Assembly: GCA_036172245.1 (NCBI GenBank)
Contig: JAYWIR010000076.1
Span: 1 to 64,000, forward strand
Source: Raillietiella orientalis
Lineage: Eukaryota
Length of the DNA stretch: 64,000 nt
Reading direction: 5' to 3'
Of the stretch, positions 39,450 through 51,398 are shown piece by piece. The notes under the pieces are model-generated. The model searched no databases, was not told where the DNA came from, and saw only the letters and a program-made list of their open reading frames with translations. The translations under genes and the position numbers were made by a program. Within the stretch, counting starts at the first letter, position 1. Every line of letters starts with the position of its first letter.

Positions 39450-40524
39450 AGTTTTCTTGGTGCTCCTCAGTGCCGGAAACCCTCCCCTTAGATCGAAGTG
39501 TTCAGTGTTTCCGTGATCGATCAGAGAGCGATGTCTGACAGGACCACCAGCGAGTGCCAGTGGACGGCGGCAGCGTCACCCCAGAGGCGAAGGTGATGGG
39601 AGCATCCGCCCATACAAAATCGGTCCCCATTGCAGCCGGGCTTCGAGCGCCGTCGTGGCGGCGATGTCACCTGCAGCCGCGGCAGAATTGTCAGCCTACG
39701 TGGAGGAGGGGTATAACCTCACATTGCTCTACAAGGTAGACAATTTATATTTTTCAGAGAGTGCGCACGCCTTTTCGAAGGGAATCCGTGCTCTCGATGT
39801 CAAAGAGGAAAAGCTCAGCGCTATGACCATTCCCAGCGGGGGTCAGTACATTGAGGTTATCTGCAAACAAACAGAGCTGGCCGAACGACTGCTCAAAACC
39901 TTCGTAGTGATGGGGACTCGCAGGCTCCTCTCCATTACGGTGGACCGCAGCATGGTGGTCCACGTATTAGGTGTGAAAACGCGGATGCGGAAAAAACAGG
40001 TTCGCGCAGCGTTGCAGCAATTTGTAACGGTTCACACACAGTGGTCGGAGCGTAGTCCTTTTGGGAAATACACGATGCTGCAATGCGGCCTCACGGCAGC
40101 ACGCGTCACCATTCAGGAGGGCTGGACTCTTCCACCCAAACTGGTGGTCGGCGGCGAAACCGTCGACCTATGGTATGTGGCGAATCCGAAGTACTGCGGC
40201 TTCTGCAATACGTCGGGCCACACGAGGGGAGTGTGCCCTAAAGCAGCAGTGCGGGTAGTTTCCAAGAGAAACCTTGAAAAACGTGCCCGGGTTCTGCAGA
40301 AAAGGCTGGCGGCGAAAGCTGCCGCGAAGGCTGTGCCACCCGCGCCCAAGGCCCAGGCCGCACCCGAGACCCCGGCGAACCACGCCGAAAAAGTCGAGAA
40401 ATCCGGTCAGGAGCGTTGGTAGCAGGTGGCAACGGCCCGAAAGAGCAAAAAGGAGAGATGATTAGAGAAAAAACTCGCGTACCACCAGAAAAAACAGCAA
40501 GCCAGCGAGCAGATTAAGGAATGC
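39450..40524 (+). mobile_element. Tx1-like element, family B, 5' UTR and ORF1 up to QIKEC
   Basis: 5' UTR like those at 23400 and 57240 (minus); ORF 39655-40422 with YCGFCNTSGHTRGVC. Confidence 0.9.
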
Positions 40525-40529
40525 TGCCT

Positions 40530-41240
40530 TTTTAGCTTATTACCCGGTTGCGCCGGGACGTTTATTATAATATCAACTGGGAACTGTGTTACCAGGCAAG
40601 GGGAACAGCAGATGGGGAGTAGATTTCCCGGAACCCATGCCGGGCACACTGAGAGTTCGGAACGGGAGGGTGGGGGACAATAAATAAATAAATTAGGTGG
40701 GAGGACAGGGACAGGGGTATGCAGTTTAAGCGTTCCTATTCTCAGAACTGGCGGTGAATGCCGCCGATCTCCGTCCTCACTTCTGCTCCCAAGTGTGGCC
40801 AACCGGCAGCCATTTGCAGGTCGCAGGCTGCGGTGTCGGGGACCGATGTTGGGACTGCTCGCATCTGCAATACGTGGCGGGCACTGACAATGGCGCGGAA
40901 GCAGCAGATAATTGCGACGACCGCCCCAAGAGATAGGCCGCCACGCGTGAAGAAGCGGCGCATCCAATGCATTTCGGTCTGTCCGGGGTGCAGGAGCGCT
41001 GAAGACAGCCGCCGCCACATCTCCTGGAGGGCACCGCATTCAAACAGCAAATGCGGAAGCGATTCCACCGCTCCGCATTCGGCACAGTTCGAGGAAGCAA
41101 CTCCCCCAGAAACAAGATGCGCGCGCTGATTGCAGTACAAACCCCAATGCACCAGCATAAAAGCGTTTTGTTTCCACTAAAGGGGGAAGGGAGTCGCGTC
41201 CAAACACGCAGAAGGGACCGCAAGTACATCGGTGGGCACC
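40530..41240 (-). mobile_element. Tx1-like element 3' end (C-terminal domain resembling family F)
   Basis: CAECGAVESLPHLLFEC; 3' AATAAACGTCCCGGCGCAACCGGGT at 40566-40542. Confidence 0.87.
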
Positions 41241-44020
41241 CCGAAGAGTGCTACCAGTAAGTCGGCAAAAAGGAAAAGAGGAAGATGCTTATCAAGGAGC
41301 AGGAAGCATCTCTTACCCCAGAAAGAGCAGCGGAAGGCGAGAAAATGGAGACAGCACAGGAAGAAGCAAAGGTGGAAAAAGAAGCCACACAGGTGTCGCA
41401 GGAGGTTCTGCAATCCACCGAGGAGCTGGAAAAACTGGCGGAAGAAGTGATGTAGGTGCAAAGCGGGCCCCAGCAGGAGCAAATCCTGCAGAAGATCTGC
41501 AACGCACAGGAGAAGGTGAACCAGGTTGTGGAGGTCACCGAGCGCGAGACGCTAGAAGAACAGCTTCTCGACGTAAGGGCGAACTTCTGCGCCAAGGTCG
41601 AGATAGAGGCGCTATCTCGAAAATTGATCGCGCGAGCCGAACACTCTACAGAGGAGGCGGAAGTAACCGACCTCACCGGAACAGAGAGCGACGCCGGCAG
41701 CGAGAAGCCCGCTGCTTCTTTATCGTCTGGAAGAACACGCTCTCTCAGACAGAAGAAGCTCAGGAAGGCCAAGAAATAGGTCTTCCCCTTTTATGGCCTC
41801 TTTCCTATCGGCCGCCAGGAGGCTGAACATCGCCTCCTGGAATGTAAACGGTGTGGTCGACCAGGGAAAAAGAGAAAGGATTGTGCGGACCATCGCACAA
41901 CAAGACATAGTGTGTCTGCAAGAGACCCACAAGATGGGTCTCGAGATTAGTCAGCGAATGGAACGGCGATTCAACGGGCAGATGTTCGTCAGCGAGGGAG
42001 AACGGAACACGCAGGGTTTGGCGGTCCTAATCAACAACCACTTGGCCCCCACTATTCTGGAAATGTTCTGTCCTATTCTGTTCATCGGCGTGCGACTGGC
42101 CTGGTCCGCTACTGTTCACCTCATCCTGGTGAACGTGTACGGGCCGCACAGGCTAAAACATCGTTGTGTGGAGGCGCTGCATGCAACACTCCGGCAAAAG
42201 GTCGCCCCCAACGACGTCGTGATTGTTAATGGCGATCTCAACATATTGGATGAGATCACTCACTCCCAAGACGCCAGAGGAAGGACGGCGTATCGGCGGC
42301 TATCCGAAGAGTTCGGACTGGTGTGGCGAACTGCAAGTCACAAGCCGATCGATCACGTCCTGCACAGCACCGAACTTGAGAATTGCATCCAGGGTTTTCG
42401 AGACATTATGACCACGGTGTCCGATCACCGCCTGGTGCGGTTTTCCCTAAGAACGGAGAATCCTCGGCGGAGGCAAGGCACCAGAGCGGCGCTCATCAGT
42501 ATTTCCGCCTGGTTCGAGGCACATCCTGGACATCAGGTGGTCCTGGAGGCGGTTCTGAAGACCACAAAAATCAGAAGAGTCGCCGACTGGGACAGCTGGA
42601 AACACAGGATACACCTGTTTTCAAATATGCAATTCGGGGATAGGCGCTTGAGGCAGGAGGCGTACGGAAAGCTGAACATCCAAGATCGCTCACTCTCAAA
42701 GTACTTCGAGGAGTACGAAGGAAGGTACTTCTTCCATAATGTAAAAGGGAAAGTCGGGATGCTGGAGAAGAGAAATCTGGCAACAGATATCTTCTGCATC
42801 TAGTGCGGCTATCAAAGTCGACACACGTCTGAAGATATCGTAGATGCCTTCAAAAGGCATTATACGGACCACTTTCGACGCGAACAACAGTGTCCACCTA
42901 CGCAAAACACCTTCCTGGGCTACCTTGAAAAGAATCTTGACGACCTCCAGCGGAAGAGACTGGAGGAAGATTTTACCGAAGAAGAGGTGAAGACTGCATT
43001 CGGACAATTACGCAAGGACGTGGCAGCCGGCCCTGACGATGTTTCCATCTCTCATTATCAGAGATACTTGCACTTTTACCTGCGTTTATTTCACCAGTTG
43101 ACCCTTTGCATTCGACAAGAAGGACGACTACTGGAGTCCTTCTACGAGAGCAGGACAAGATTGTTGCCGAAAGGAGGCGACCTATCCAGGATATCATAAT
43201 GGAGGCCAATCTCGATGCTTAACTCGGATGCCAAGTGGTTGGCCAAGATTTGGGCCAACCGCTTAGGCAAAGTAATGTCGTGGCTGATATCTTATGTTCA
43301 GACGTGTGCGGTACCCATACGCCACGTGCTGGACAATGTCAAGTGCGCGCAAGCTATCGTGGGTCTTAGCCGATACTTCGGCGAGAACCTGGCGCTAGCG
43401 TTTACAGACATGGAAACAACCTTCGACACCGTCGACCACGGGATGCTGCTGATGATTTTGGAAGAGCTGGGACTTTCAGAATACTTCAGCATCTTCGTGC
43501 AAATGATCCTCCAAAATCAAAGCTTCCGGATGAAAATCAATGAAATGGAAACGGCAGTCATTCGGATGGAACGAGGAGTTCGGCAGGGCGACTCTCTAAG
43601 TCCGATGCTGTTCGTTATCTATATGTAGGCGCTCTCTTCTTTCGTCGAGAAGAACGGACGTTTGAACGGAGTGACCGTAGACGACCAGAAGCCCACCCAT
43701 CTGGCCTACGCGGACGATCTCCTTTTCTTCATAAGAGGAGAGAGGGATCAACAAACGTTCTTGGATGTGGTAAGCCTAATTAAAGATGGACTAGGCTTGA
43801 AGATCAATGCTTAGAAGAACCAGCTTTTGGCTGTCGGAATACTGGATTCTCCGCCCTCACGGGGAGTGGATTCCGTACGGCAAACGCGGCCAAGTACCTG
43901 GGAGTCTACATAGGGGACGACACCGTGTCGAAGCTACTGTAGACGGAAATCCTGGGGAAAACGGCCAAGGAGGCAGCAAAATACACTCGACTGGACTTTG
44001 GGATGAAGCGAAGGGCCGGT
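41240..44020 (+). mobile_element. Divergent L1/Tx1-like element (family H): ORF1 C-terminal part, EN and RT
   Basis: ORF2 from 41793: SWNVNG, CLQETH, NVYGP, GDLN, IDH, SDH, AAGPD, RPISMLNSD, GVRQGDSLSP, YADD, YLGV. Confidence 0.9.
41793..44020 (+). pseudogene. Family H ORF2 (AP endonuclease + RT), disrupted
   Basis: ORF pieces 41793-42803, 42987-43199 and 43215-43628. Confidence 0.9.
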
Positions 44021-44590
44021 ACCTTCAGCCACAAGGAATTTCGATGGCTGCGACGATTTCCACTGTTGGTTGCATCCGCGCCATCGTCACGGTCCGAAAG
44101 CTGCTCTAGAACACTGGACAGCAATGTTGTGTCCCTAGGAAGGCAGCAGACTTCATCGGGTCTGCAGCTGGGTGGCGACACTTATGGGAAGACACAACGG
44201 AGCAGCTAACCGGTATCCATCGTCGGAAGAAAAACGGCTTAGAACGACGAACCCGGTGATCCGCCCTTATTTTATTTTTAATTGAGTTCTTTGTTCTCGA
44301 ATCCGTTTCCACATACGCTCCGCAGTGGTTTTGGTGCTGAAACTTTCCAGTTTCCCGGTGACTGCAGAGCGTCACCAAAGTTTACTGGCCCACTCCTTCA
44401 GTTTAAATTTTTTTTTTTTTTTGGTTTTGTTTTTCTTTTTGGACTCCAGTCAGTCGTCCGTGTTCTTCCGTTTTCCTGGCCTGCGTGCCAGTGGTGAATC
44501 TCCGCAAACATGTCTTCATAGTCGTGGGCTGGAAAGAACTCTTTCTAGCTCGTCTATATCAACAAACGTCGCGCCGTGACCGGTGAAAAA
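44020..44590 (+). mobile_element. Short Tx1-like 3' end (family F-like C-terminus and 3' UTR)
   Basis: CIRAIV..AAGWRHL..LTGIHRR matches the C-termini at 21020-21190 and 40742-40900; degenerate 3' hairpin 44561-44590. Confidence 0.75.
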
Positions 44591-45799
44591 TTTCAAAAAA
44601 TTTCAACGTTCGCCTGAAACCAGATGGGCAGAAAAAGAAGCGTGACCTCGTCAACGAGGTGTGCATGGCGGTGCACACCTGTAATTTGTTGGCCAGTGCA
44701 CCGGGGATGGAAGACAGCATTGACCACGTGTTTCTTCACGAGCACCTGTGCCCTCGCGTGGGCAGGCGCGGCAAGTTACCGTGCGAGCTGTCCGACCATC
44801 GCCCGCTAGTCCTCGAGATCCATCCGCGCGACAGGGGCCCCCACTTGTCAGCGAGACGTCTCCCAGGGGACTGGCTGAAGCTCCCGGACGCGGCTAAACA
44901 TCTCCGCACTTTCATACGGAGCTTGAGGCTGCGGAAATTACAGGATTGGAACCGCTTCAAGCGGTCGGTCCAGGAGTTCTGCGACCAGTTCCCTCTGCAC
45001 CGCCTACCTACGGGTTTTGGGACCGGGATCCGTAACGAACGAGCCTACCTGCAGGCCCGTCGTTACGCCAGGACCTCCGACATCCGCAGGCTGGCGGAAT
45101 ACAAAGCGCGATCCGAGAGGCAATCCTGGCAGTCCGGTTCGGCCACCTTCCTGGACGACCAGGGCCAGGAGCACTCGGCACCCGCCCAAATCCGCGGCCT
45201 GCTGCGGAGTTACTACTCCTCCCTGTATGCCAGAGCACCTCCGGAGAGGAACGTCTCACGACTCCTGCTTTTTGAAGGCGCTTCAGCGATCGGAAAGGAG
45301 GAGAGAAAGACCCTCGAGAGCCATTCACGATGGACGAGATCCTCTCGGCCATCGGAAAGCTCAAGAAACGCAAGGCTCCAGGGGAGGACGGCATGCCCGC
45401 AAAGTTTTAACAACTTTCGCGGCTGAGCTTACCCCCTTGTTACAGCAACTCACCATGCTGATACGAGAGACAGGTGACGTTCTCGCCTAGTTTCGTTCGG
45501 CAAAGGTGCGGTTCCTCCCTAAGGGAGGAGATCTGAGGAGCATGAAGAACCGGCGTCCCATCACAACAGTGAATGCGGACGCCAAGTTGCTGGTTGCCAC
45601 CCGGTCACGCCGGGGCGTTTATTAAAAATTCTCTTTGATTCGTGGTACGATGCCCCACTACGGCCAACTCAACTGGACCTGCCGGGTCGCCGGTACGCAG
45701 ACCAGCGCGACTCTCCTCGGCAGCGGAAGGGGGTGGGGAAAAAAACAAAAAGAAAAATAAAACATAAAAACAAAAAGATTTGGGAGGGTTGGGGAGGGA

Positions 45800-48700
45800 T
45801 CACTGACCACTGGGAGGAGGGTCCATCCTTCGCAGGATGACCTCGAGGTCCGTCCGTGTAATTCCCAGTTGGAGCCATCTGGTCACAATCCGCAGGTAGC
45901 GGACTGCAAGTACGACGGCATCCCTGTCGTGGCTCGGTCTTCTGACAGTGCTCCAGCACGTCACAATCCCGCGTACGCAGCAAAGTGCAGCCAGGGTAGC
46001 GGCTGGACGCAGGGCATCATGCACGAACAGAAGCCGAAAAACGTCCTTGGGCTGGCTGCCCTCCTGGAACCGTAGGGAGGCACGAAGACGTTCCCACAGG
46101 GGTCGGAGGGCAGCACAATCAACGAGGAGGTGGGGGAGGGTTTCCCGTTGCCCACACCTGATGCAGGTAGGATCTACTCGACCCCTGGTCCAGTGGTGAC
46201 GGCGTGCGTTGCAGGGTGGACCCCAATGCAACAACAGAAGCGCCGACTCCTGCCACTTTAGGGGGAGGATCCTAGAACCAATTAATACCGGGGGCCACTT
46301 CAGGTCATCCGGCTGGATGCCGAGTAGCTCACCCCATCTCTGGAGTCCTCTCGGCTGGACACTAGGGCTACTGGCGTCCGCCAGTTCACCCGTGGACCAG
46401 CCGCTGATCAACTTCTCCTTGCCTGCGATGCGGCAGGAGACTTGCCACCGAGGCTTGCGGCTGCTGGAGAGCGCCCTCCTCAGTTAGGGCATCGCCGTAG
46501 CTAGGGGGGTTGTCTCTGCCCACGTGCTTCTCGCGGGACACTGGAGTATCTTCCGCAGAGTGCAGCGGGAATAAGCGCCGCGTCGCAGGCAGTTCCACAT
46601 CTCTCCGTTCTTCTGGTTTATCGTCGCCCACGTGCCCGCTGTCTCCTCCAGCCATGCGGAAGAGTTCGCGGGGCTGCATACCATCCAGCCGCTTTCCTTC
46701 GCCAGAGTTGCCATGCGTCCAAGGAGAAGTCCGCATCTCTTGAACTTCTTGCCACGGCAGAGAAGACAGGACGCGAGACCCTCCGTCCCGGATACACGGC
46801 TGGCAAGCAGTCGGGCCGGAACGCACCAAGGGGTGCTCCATAACTTCGCTGCGATGGCAAGGGTTCGCCACCGCAGCTGAATCTCTACTCGCCCCATCGT
46901 CAAGAGGCCGAGAACGCCATCCCGACGTGGAGAACACAAGTCCTTCAACGGGACTCGGGGCCTCCCTCTTCCCCAAAGGGCAATTCTCAGGAGGTCCTTT
47001 GTCCGTTTTTTCAACTCTCTGGGGACGGGGCAAACAAATAGCAGGGGGCGGAGTATAGGAGCCGCGAACGCGTTCCATACCGCGGCCCGTTCCGGAAGGA
47101 GAAACTTGTCTTCCAGGAACGGGCCGATCGCCGTTTCCACTTTTTGGAGACAGCCGGACCACGCTTCCGCAGGGGAGTAGTCCCCCAACGACACACCAAG
47201 GTACTTCAAGCACCTCGCCGTGGGGATTCCCAAGCAACCCAGTCCTGCTGCCCAGCCCACTCCGCACCGACTGGAACCACCATCGACTTCGCCCTGTTCA
47301 CCGTAAGTCCGGTCCCGCGTCTGAGCAGATAGAAGAAATCCCCGACCGCCTTCGCCGGGGTGGACATCGGCAACAGAAGCAAAAGATCGTCGGCGTATGC
47401 TGCAACGGCGGGCGTGCCGGGGCACGAGCTCGGCTAGGGGGCCAAAGTCACCCTGTACGCTCTCAGCACCAACTCAAAGTGGGTGCTAAAGAACAGGGGA
47501 CTGAGGCAGTCGCCCTGCCGTATGCCCCGCCGTACCGGCACTCCGTACGCCATTTGACCTTTGAAAGAGATATCGATCAGCGCGCTGCGCCAGCAAGAGC
47601 GCAGATAGGTCAGTAGGGAGAGAGGGAAGAACATGCGTCCCAGGAGCTCCAGCAGGAGATCCTGGTCCACGCAGTCAAACGCTTTGTGCAGATCGACTGC
47701 GATCGCTAGGGCTCCCTTCCCCACCTGGGAGTCCTGTCCCTGCCCGGCTGACGCCCCCAAAGCGGGGCTGCCAATCCTTCCCTCTTCCTTTTCTTGACTA
47801 CCCTGCACATGAAACCATGTGCTCGCGAAGGAGAGGTTGGCCTCCATACTTCGCCCGGAAACAGCGTAAGTCTGCTCCGGGCTAATTATGGAATTGGCCA
47901 CCTGCCCCAGACGCGAAGCCCACAGTCCGGCGATCAACTTGGCATCCGTGTTTACAATTGTGATCGGACGCCAGTTGCTGAGTTTCCTGAGGTCTCCTCC
48001 TTTCGGAAGGAGCCTCACTCTGGCTGACCGAAACGAGGCGGGTACATCGCCTTCATCTCGGATGAGCCTTGTCAACTCAAGCACCAGGGGTGCCAACTCT
48101 GCCGCGAAGCATTGAAAAAACTCCGCAGGCAGGCCGTCCTCCCCTGGTGCTTTCCGCCTCTTGAGCCTTTTGATACCGACGAGAATTTCGCCGGTGGTAA
48201 AAGGCTCGTCGAGGCTTTCCTTCTCCTCCTCCCCTATTGCCGTGGCACCGTTCGGAAGCAAGCGCCGAGAGGCATCTTGGTCCGGGGGCGCCCTGGAGTA
48301 AAGGGACAAATAAAAACGCCGCACGAAGTGCCGTATTCTAGCCGGAGCCGAGTGCTCCCGGTCCTGGTCGTCCAACAAGCTTGCCGATCCGGATTGCCAG
48401 GCTTGACGTTCGGCCCCGGCTCGGTACTCTGCCAGGCGACGGACATTGGGGGTCCTCGCGTAACCACGGGCATACAAGTACGCTCGTTCGTTACGGATGC
48501 CCTCCCCAAATCCCCGGGGCAGGAGGTGCAAGGGGAACTCCTCGCAAAACTCGCGGACCGAGGCCTTAAAAAGGTCGCAATCATTGAGACTGCGGAGGGT
48601 GACGCCTCTCAGGAATTCGCGAAGGTGTTCCTTCGCACATGAGAGTCGCGTCCAGTCCCCAGGCAGACGCCACGCCCTCGATGGGGGGCCCTTGTCGCGC

Positions 48701-49400
48701 GGGCACACTTCGAATATCAACCGGAAATGGTCAGACAGCTCCGCCGCAACTTTCCCTCGTTTGCCGACCCGTGAACACAGGTCGACATCCAGGAAGACGT
48801 GGTCGATGCTGCTGACCATTTCCGAAAGATCCCCTAACAAGTTGCGCGTGCGCATGGCGGCGCACAACTCGTTAGCCGTCCGTTCCTGTGCGTGTGGCTC
48901 ACCTGATAGCAGGCGGAGATTAAAGTCTCCCGCTATCAGGTGAGCCACGCGCACGTTCGCTTCCGCCAGCCAGTCGCGCTTCAGGGTTTCCAGGAACGCC
49001 TTACGTTCCTGGTACCTGGTAGGACCGCTCGGAGCGTACACATTTGTTACGACGAGGTCGATCGTGTCGGACCACCTGAGAATCAGCTGGCCGACACGAC
49101 CGGCTTCGTCGAAGTGCACGCCCTTCACGGCTGCGTCGACTGCCGGCTTCATAAAAAACGCGACGCCGCAGGTGTATCGGGTGCCGCATTGCCACATCAG
49201 CCGTCCCCCTGCGATCCTTTCGATCTCCTGGGCGTTCTCCGCGGTGATCACGTGGATCTCCTGCAGGAGTGCCAGGTCGAAGTCACGCAGGGTGGCGGCC
49301 GTGTCCCGTCTGTTGCCGTCGTCGCGCAGCCCGTTCACGTTCCAGCAGGCGACGCGTAATCGACGGCGACAGGCGAGCCCAGGTGTTACTCCTGGGAAAG
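45800..49400 (-). pseudogene. Family D ORF2 (AP endonuclease, RT, C-terminal Cys/His domain, ~1200 codons); in-frame stops at 47434 and 46484
   Basis: ORFs 47434-49524, 46484-47425 and 45800-46411 are in one frame; all canonical EN and RT motifs are present. Confidence 0.93.
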
Positions 49401-51398
49401 TGGCAATGGGGCTCCCGCCACCTGGTAGGGCGGGACGGATGGAGGCATGGGGGCACCGCCCAGCGGTTCTCCCACCTCCATGGGGGCCGATTCCTCGGCG
49501 GACCGCAACGGTTGAAGGGAGCATGCTTCACGCACCTGCTTCCCCTCTTCCATGGGGGCCGATTCCTCGACTGCGATGGACGGCAGGGGGGAGCGGTTCT
49601 CAGCTGTCTGCTCCCCCTCTTCCATGACCATCTTCTCCGCAGGCTCCACCGGTGGAAGGGGGAGGCAATGCCCTACCTGCTCCCCCTCCTCCATGGGGGT
49701 GGCCGGCTGCTCGGTGGCGGAGGGTGGGAAAATTCCTCCCTCCGTTCCCACGCTGCCGGCTTCCCCTTCGGCTGCCGGTGCGTCCCCCTCGCTCTTCGTC
49801 GGGATGCGCCTCTTGGGATTCTTGGACTTCCGTCCAGTCTTCTTCGGAGGCGCCTCCGTGGAAGAGGACGCACTTCCGGCATCCGGGTCGTGGTCACCTG
49901 TCGGAGGTGCCCTGGTCGCGGCCGGCCTTCGCAAGGCCTTTCGCGCGCCGTTCTCACGGTCGGCGAGTTCGGCCGCGAGCTCTTCCGCCGCCTGCTGGAA
50001 GGAGGCCTCGTCGATCGCGGCGAGCGCGTCGCGCGGTTCCCCCTCTGTTTGCACAGAGGGTTCGCCTTCCGGGATCGCGTTATTGTCGGCGTCGACGCGG
50101 GGGATATCTCCACCGGTGGCGGTCTCGGGTACCTCCACACGCTCCAAAGCGACCGAACATTCGCGGATCAACGCGCGCCGTTGTCTCCTATTTAAAGGAG
50201 ACGTCGCGGGTTCCGCTGTCGATCCTTCGGTTTTCTTTGGTTTTTTAGCTTTAGGCTTCGCCTTCTGCCAGCCTTCGCTCTTTTCGGCGTCGTCGGTAGA
50301 TTCCACTACGGGCGTTTGCTGTACGGGCTCGGGCTCCGCCTGTGGGTTCCGCCTCACGGGCGCCTTCGCAGGGTTTTCCGTAGCCTCCGCGCGTTTCCCT
50401 TTGGCCTTTTTCAAGGCAGCGGGAGCCGGAGGTTCGTGCTTCGGGCACACTTTGCGGAGGAGGCCCTTCTCTCCACAGTGGAAACACTGGATGCGAGGGC
50501 ACCGCTTTTTCAGGTGCCCTTTGGCATCACAGTGTCCACAGTACTTGGGCTTGCCCACGTACCAGACGTCGACGGTCTCGTTGCCGACGTCTAGTTTATG
50601 GGGTAGCCCACCGTTTTCGTGGACGGTTACACGCGCATCAGCCATGCCACTAAACAGTCTTCCGTAACTCTGGAAGACGTTGGTCTTGGGCCATAGCGCG
50701 TGAACCGTTCCGTATTTTCCGAGTTCCTCCTGCACGTCGGCTTTCGACATGCGGAGGGTGACTCCCGTGAGGTGCGTCACCACGGAGCGATCTTCCGTTA
50801 CCGGGAAAACCTTTCGGCCTTCCAGTGTGATTGGTGTATTCAGGAGGTGTTGAGCAAGGCTTGCATTTCTGCAAGTCAGCTCCACCCGCTGACCACCACT
50901 CAACACGGAAAGACCTTCCAGGTCTTCCTATTTTACGTTCAAACGCTGCAACACCCTTTCGAAGTTGCGAGCGGTTTTCCCGACAAACAGATTGCCTACC
51001 TTGTATATCAGGGACGGATTGTATCCCTGCTCCAGGTATGCTTTCTGCTCGGCGAGGGCTGCAGGAGATGGGGCTGCAGCCACTGAACTCCAGGTCTTCC
51101 GCGATGCTGAAGACGCATTCGAGGGTGCAGGTGCCCCCTTTTTCAAGGAGGCGGTTGAGCCCTTTTCCAGGGTTGCGGTTGTACCCTTTTTCAAGGGGGC
51201 GGTTGCACCCTGTTCCAGCGGGGCTATTGCCCCCTTTTTCAAGGGGGCCTTTGCCATCGCTTCCGAGGTGGCGGTTGCCCCCTTTTTCAGGGGTGCGGCT
51301 GCCGTCGCCTCCGTGGGATCGATTGCCCCCACCTCCGTGCGTTGGGGAGAGGAGCAAGCCCCTCCCCCTCCTATATCCATCGCGGTGTCCTCGGGCAT
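49386..51398 (-). pseudogene. Family D ORF1 (two zinc knuckles, acidic repeat tail); one in-frame stop at 50928
   Basis: ORFs 50928-51398 and 49386-50906 are in the same frame; CGHCDAKGHLKKRC, CFHCGEKG. Confidence 0.9.
51128..51300 (-). repeat. 24-bp tandem repeat (about 7 units, APLKKGAT-like) in ORF1 N-terminus
   Basis: Recurrent GCCCCCTTTTTCAAGG at 24-nt spacing. Confidence 0.85.

Noticed and set aside
49386..49405. Canonical -1 slippery heptamer at the ORF1/ORF2 overlap
   Set aside because: The ORF1 frame reads CTT TCC CAG, which does not fit X XXY YYZ; frameshifting remains unproven
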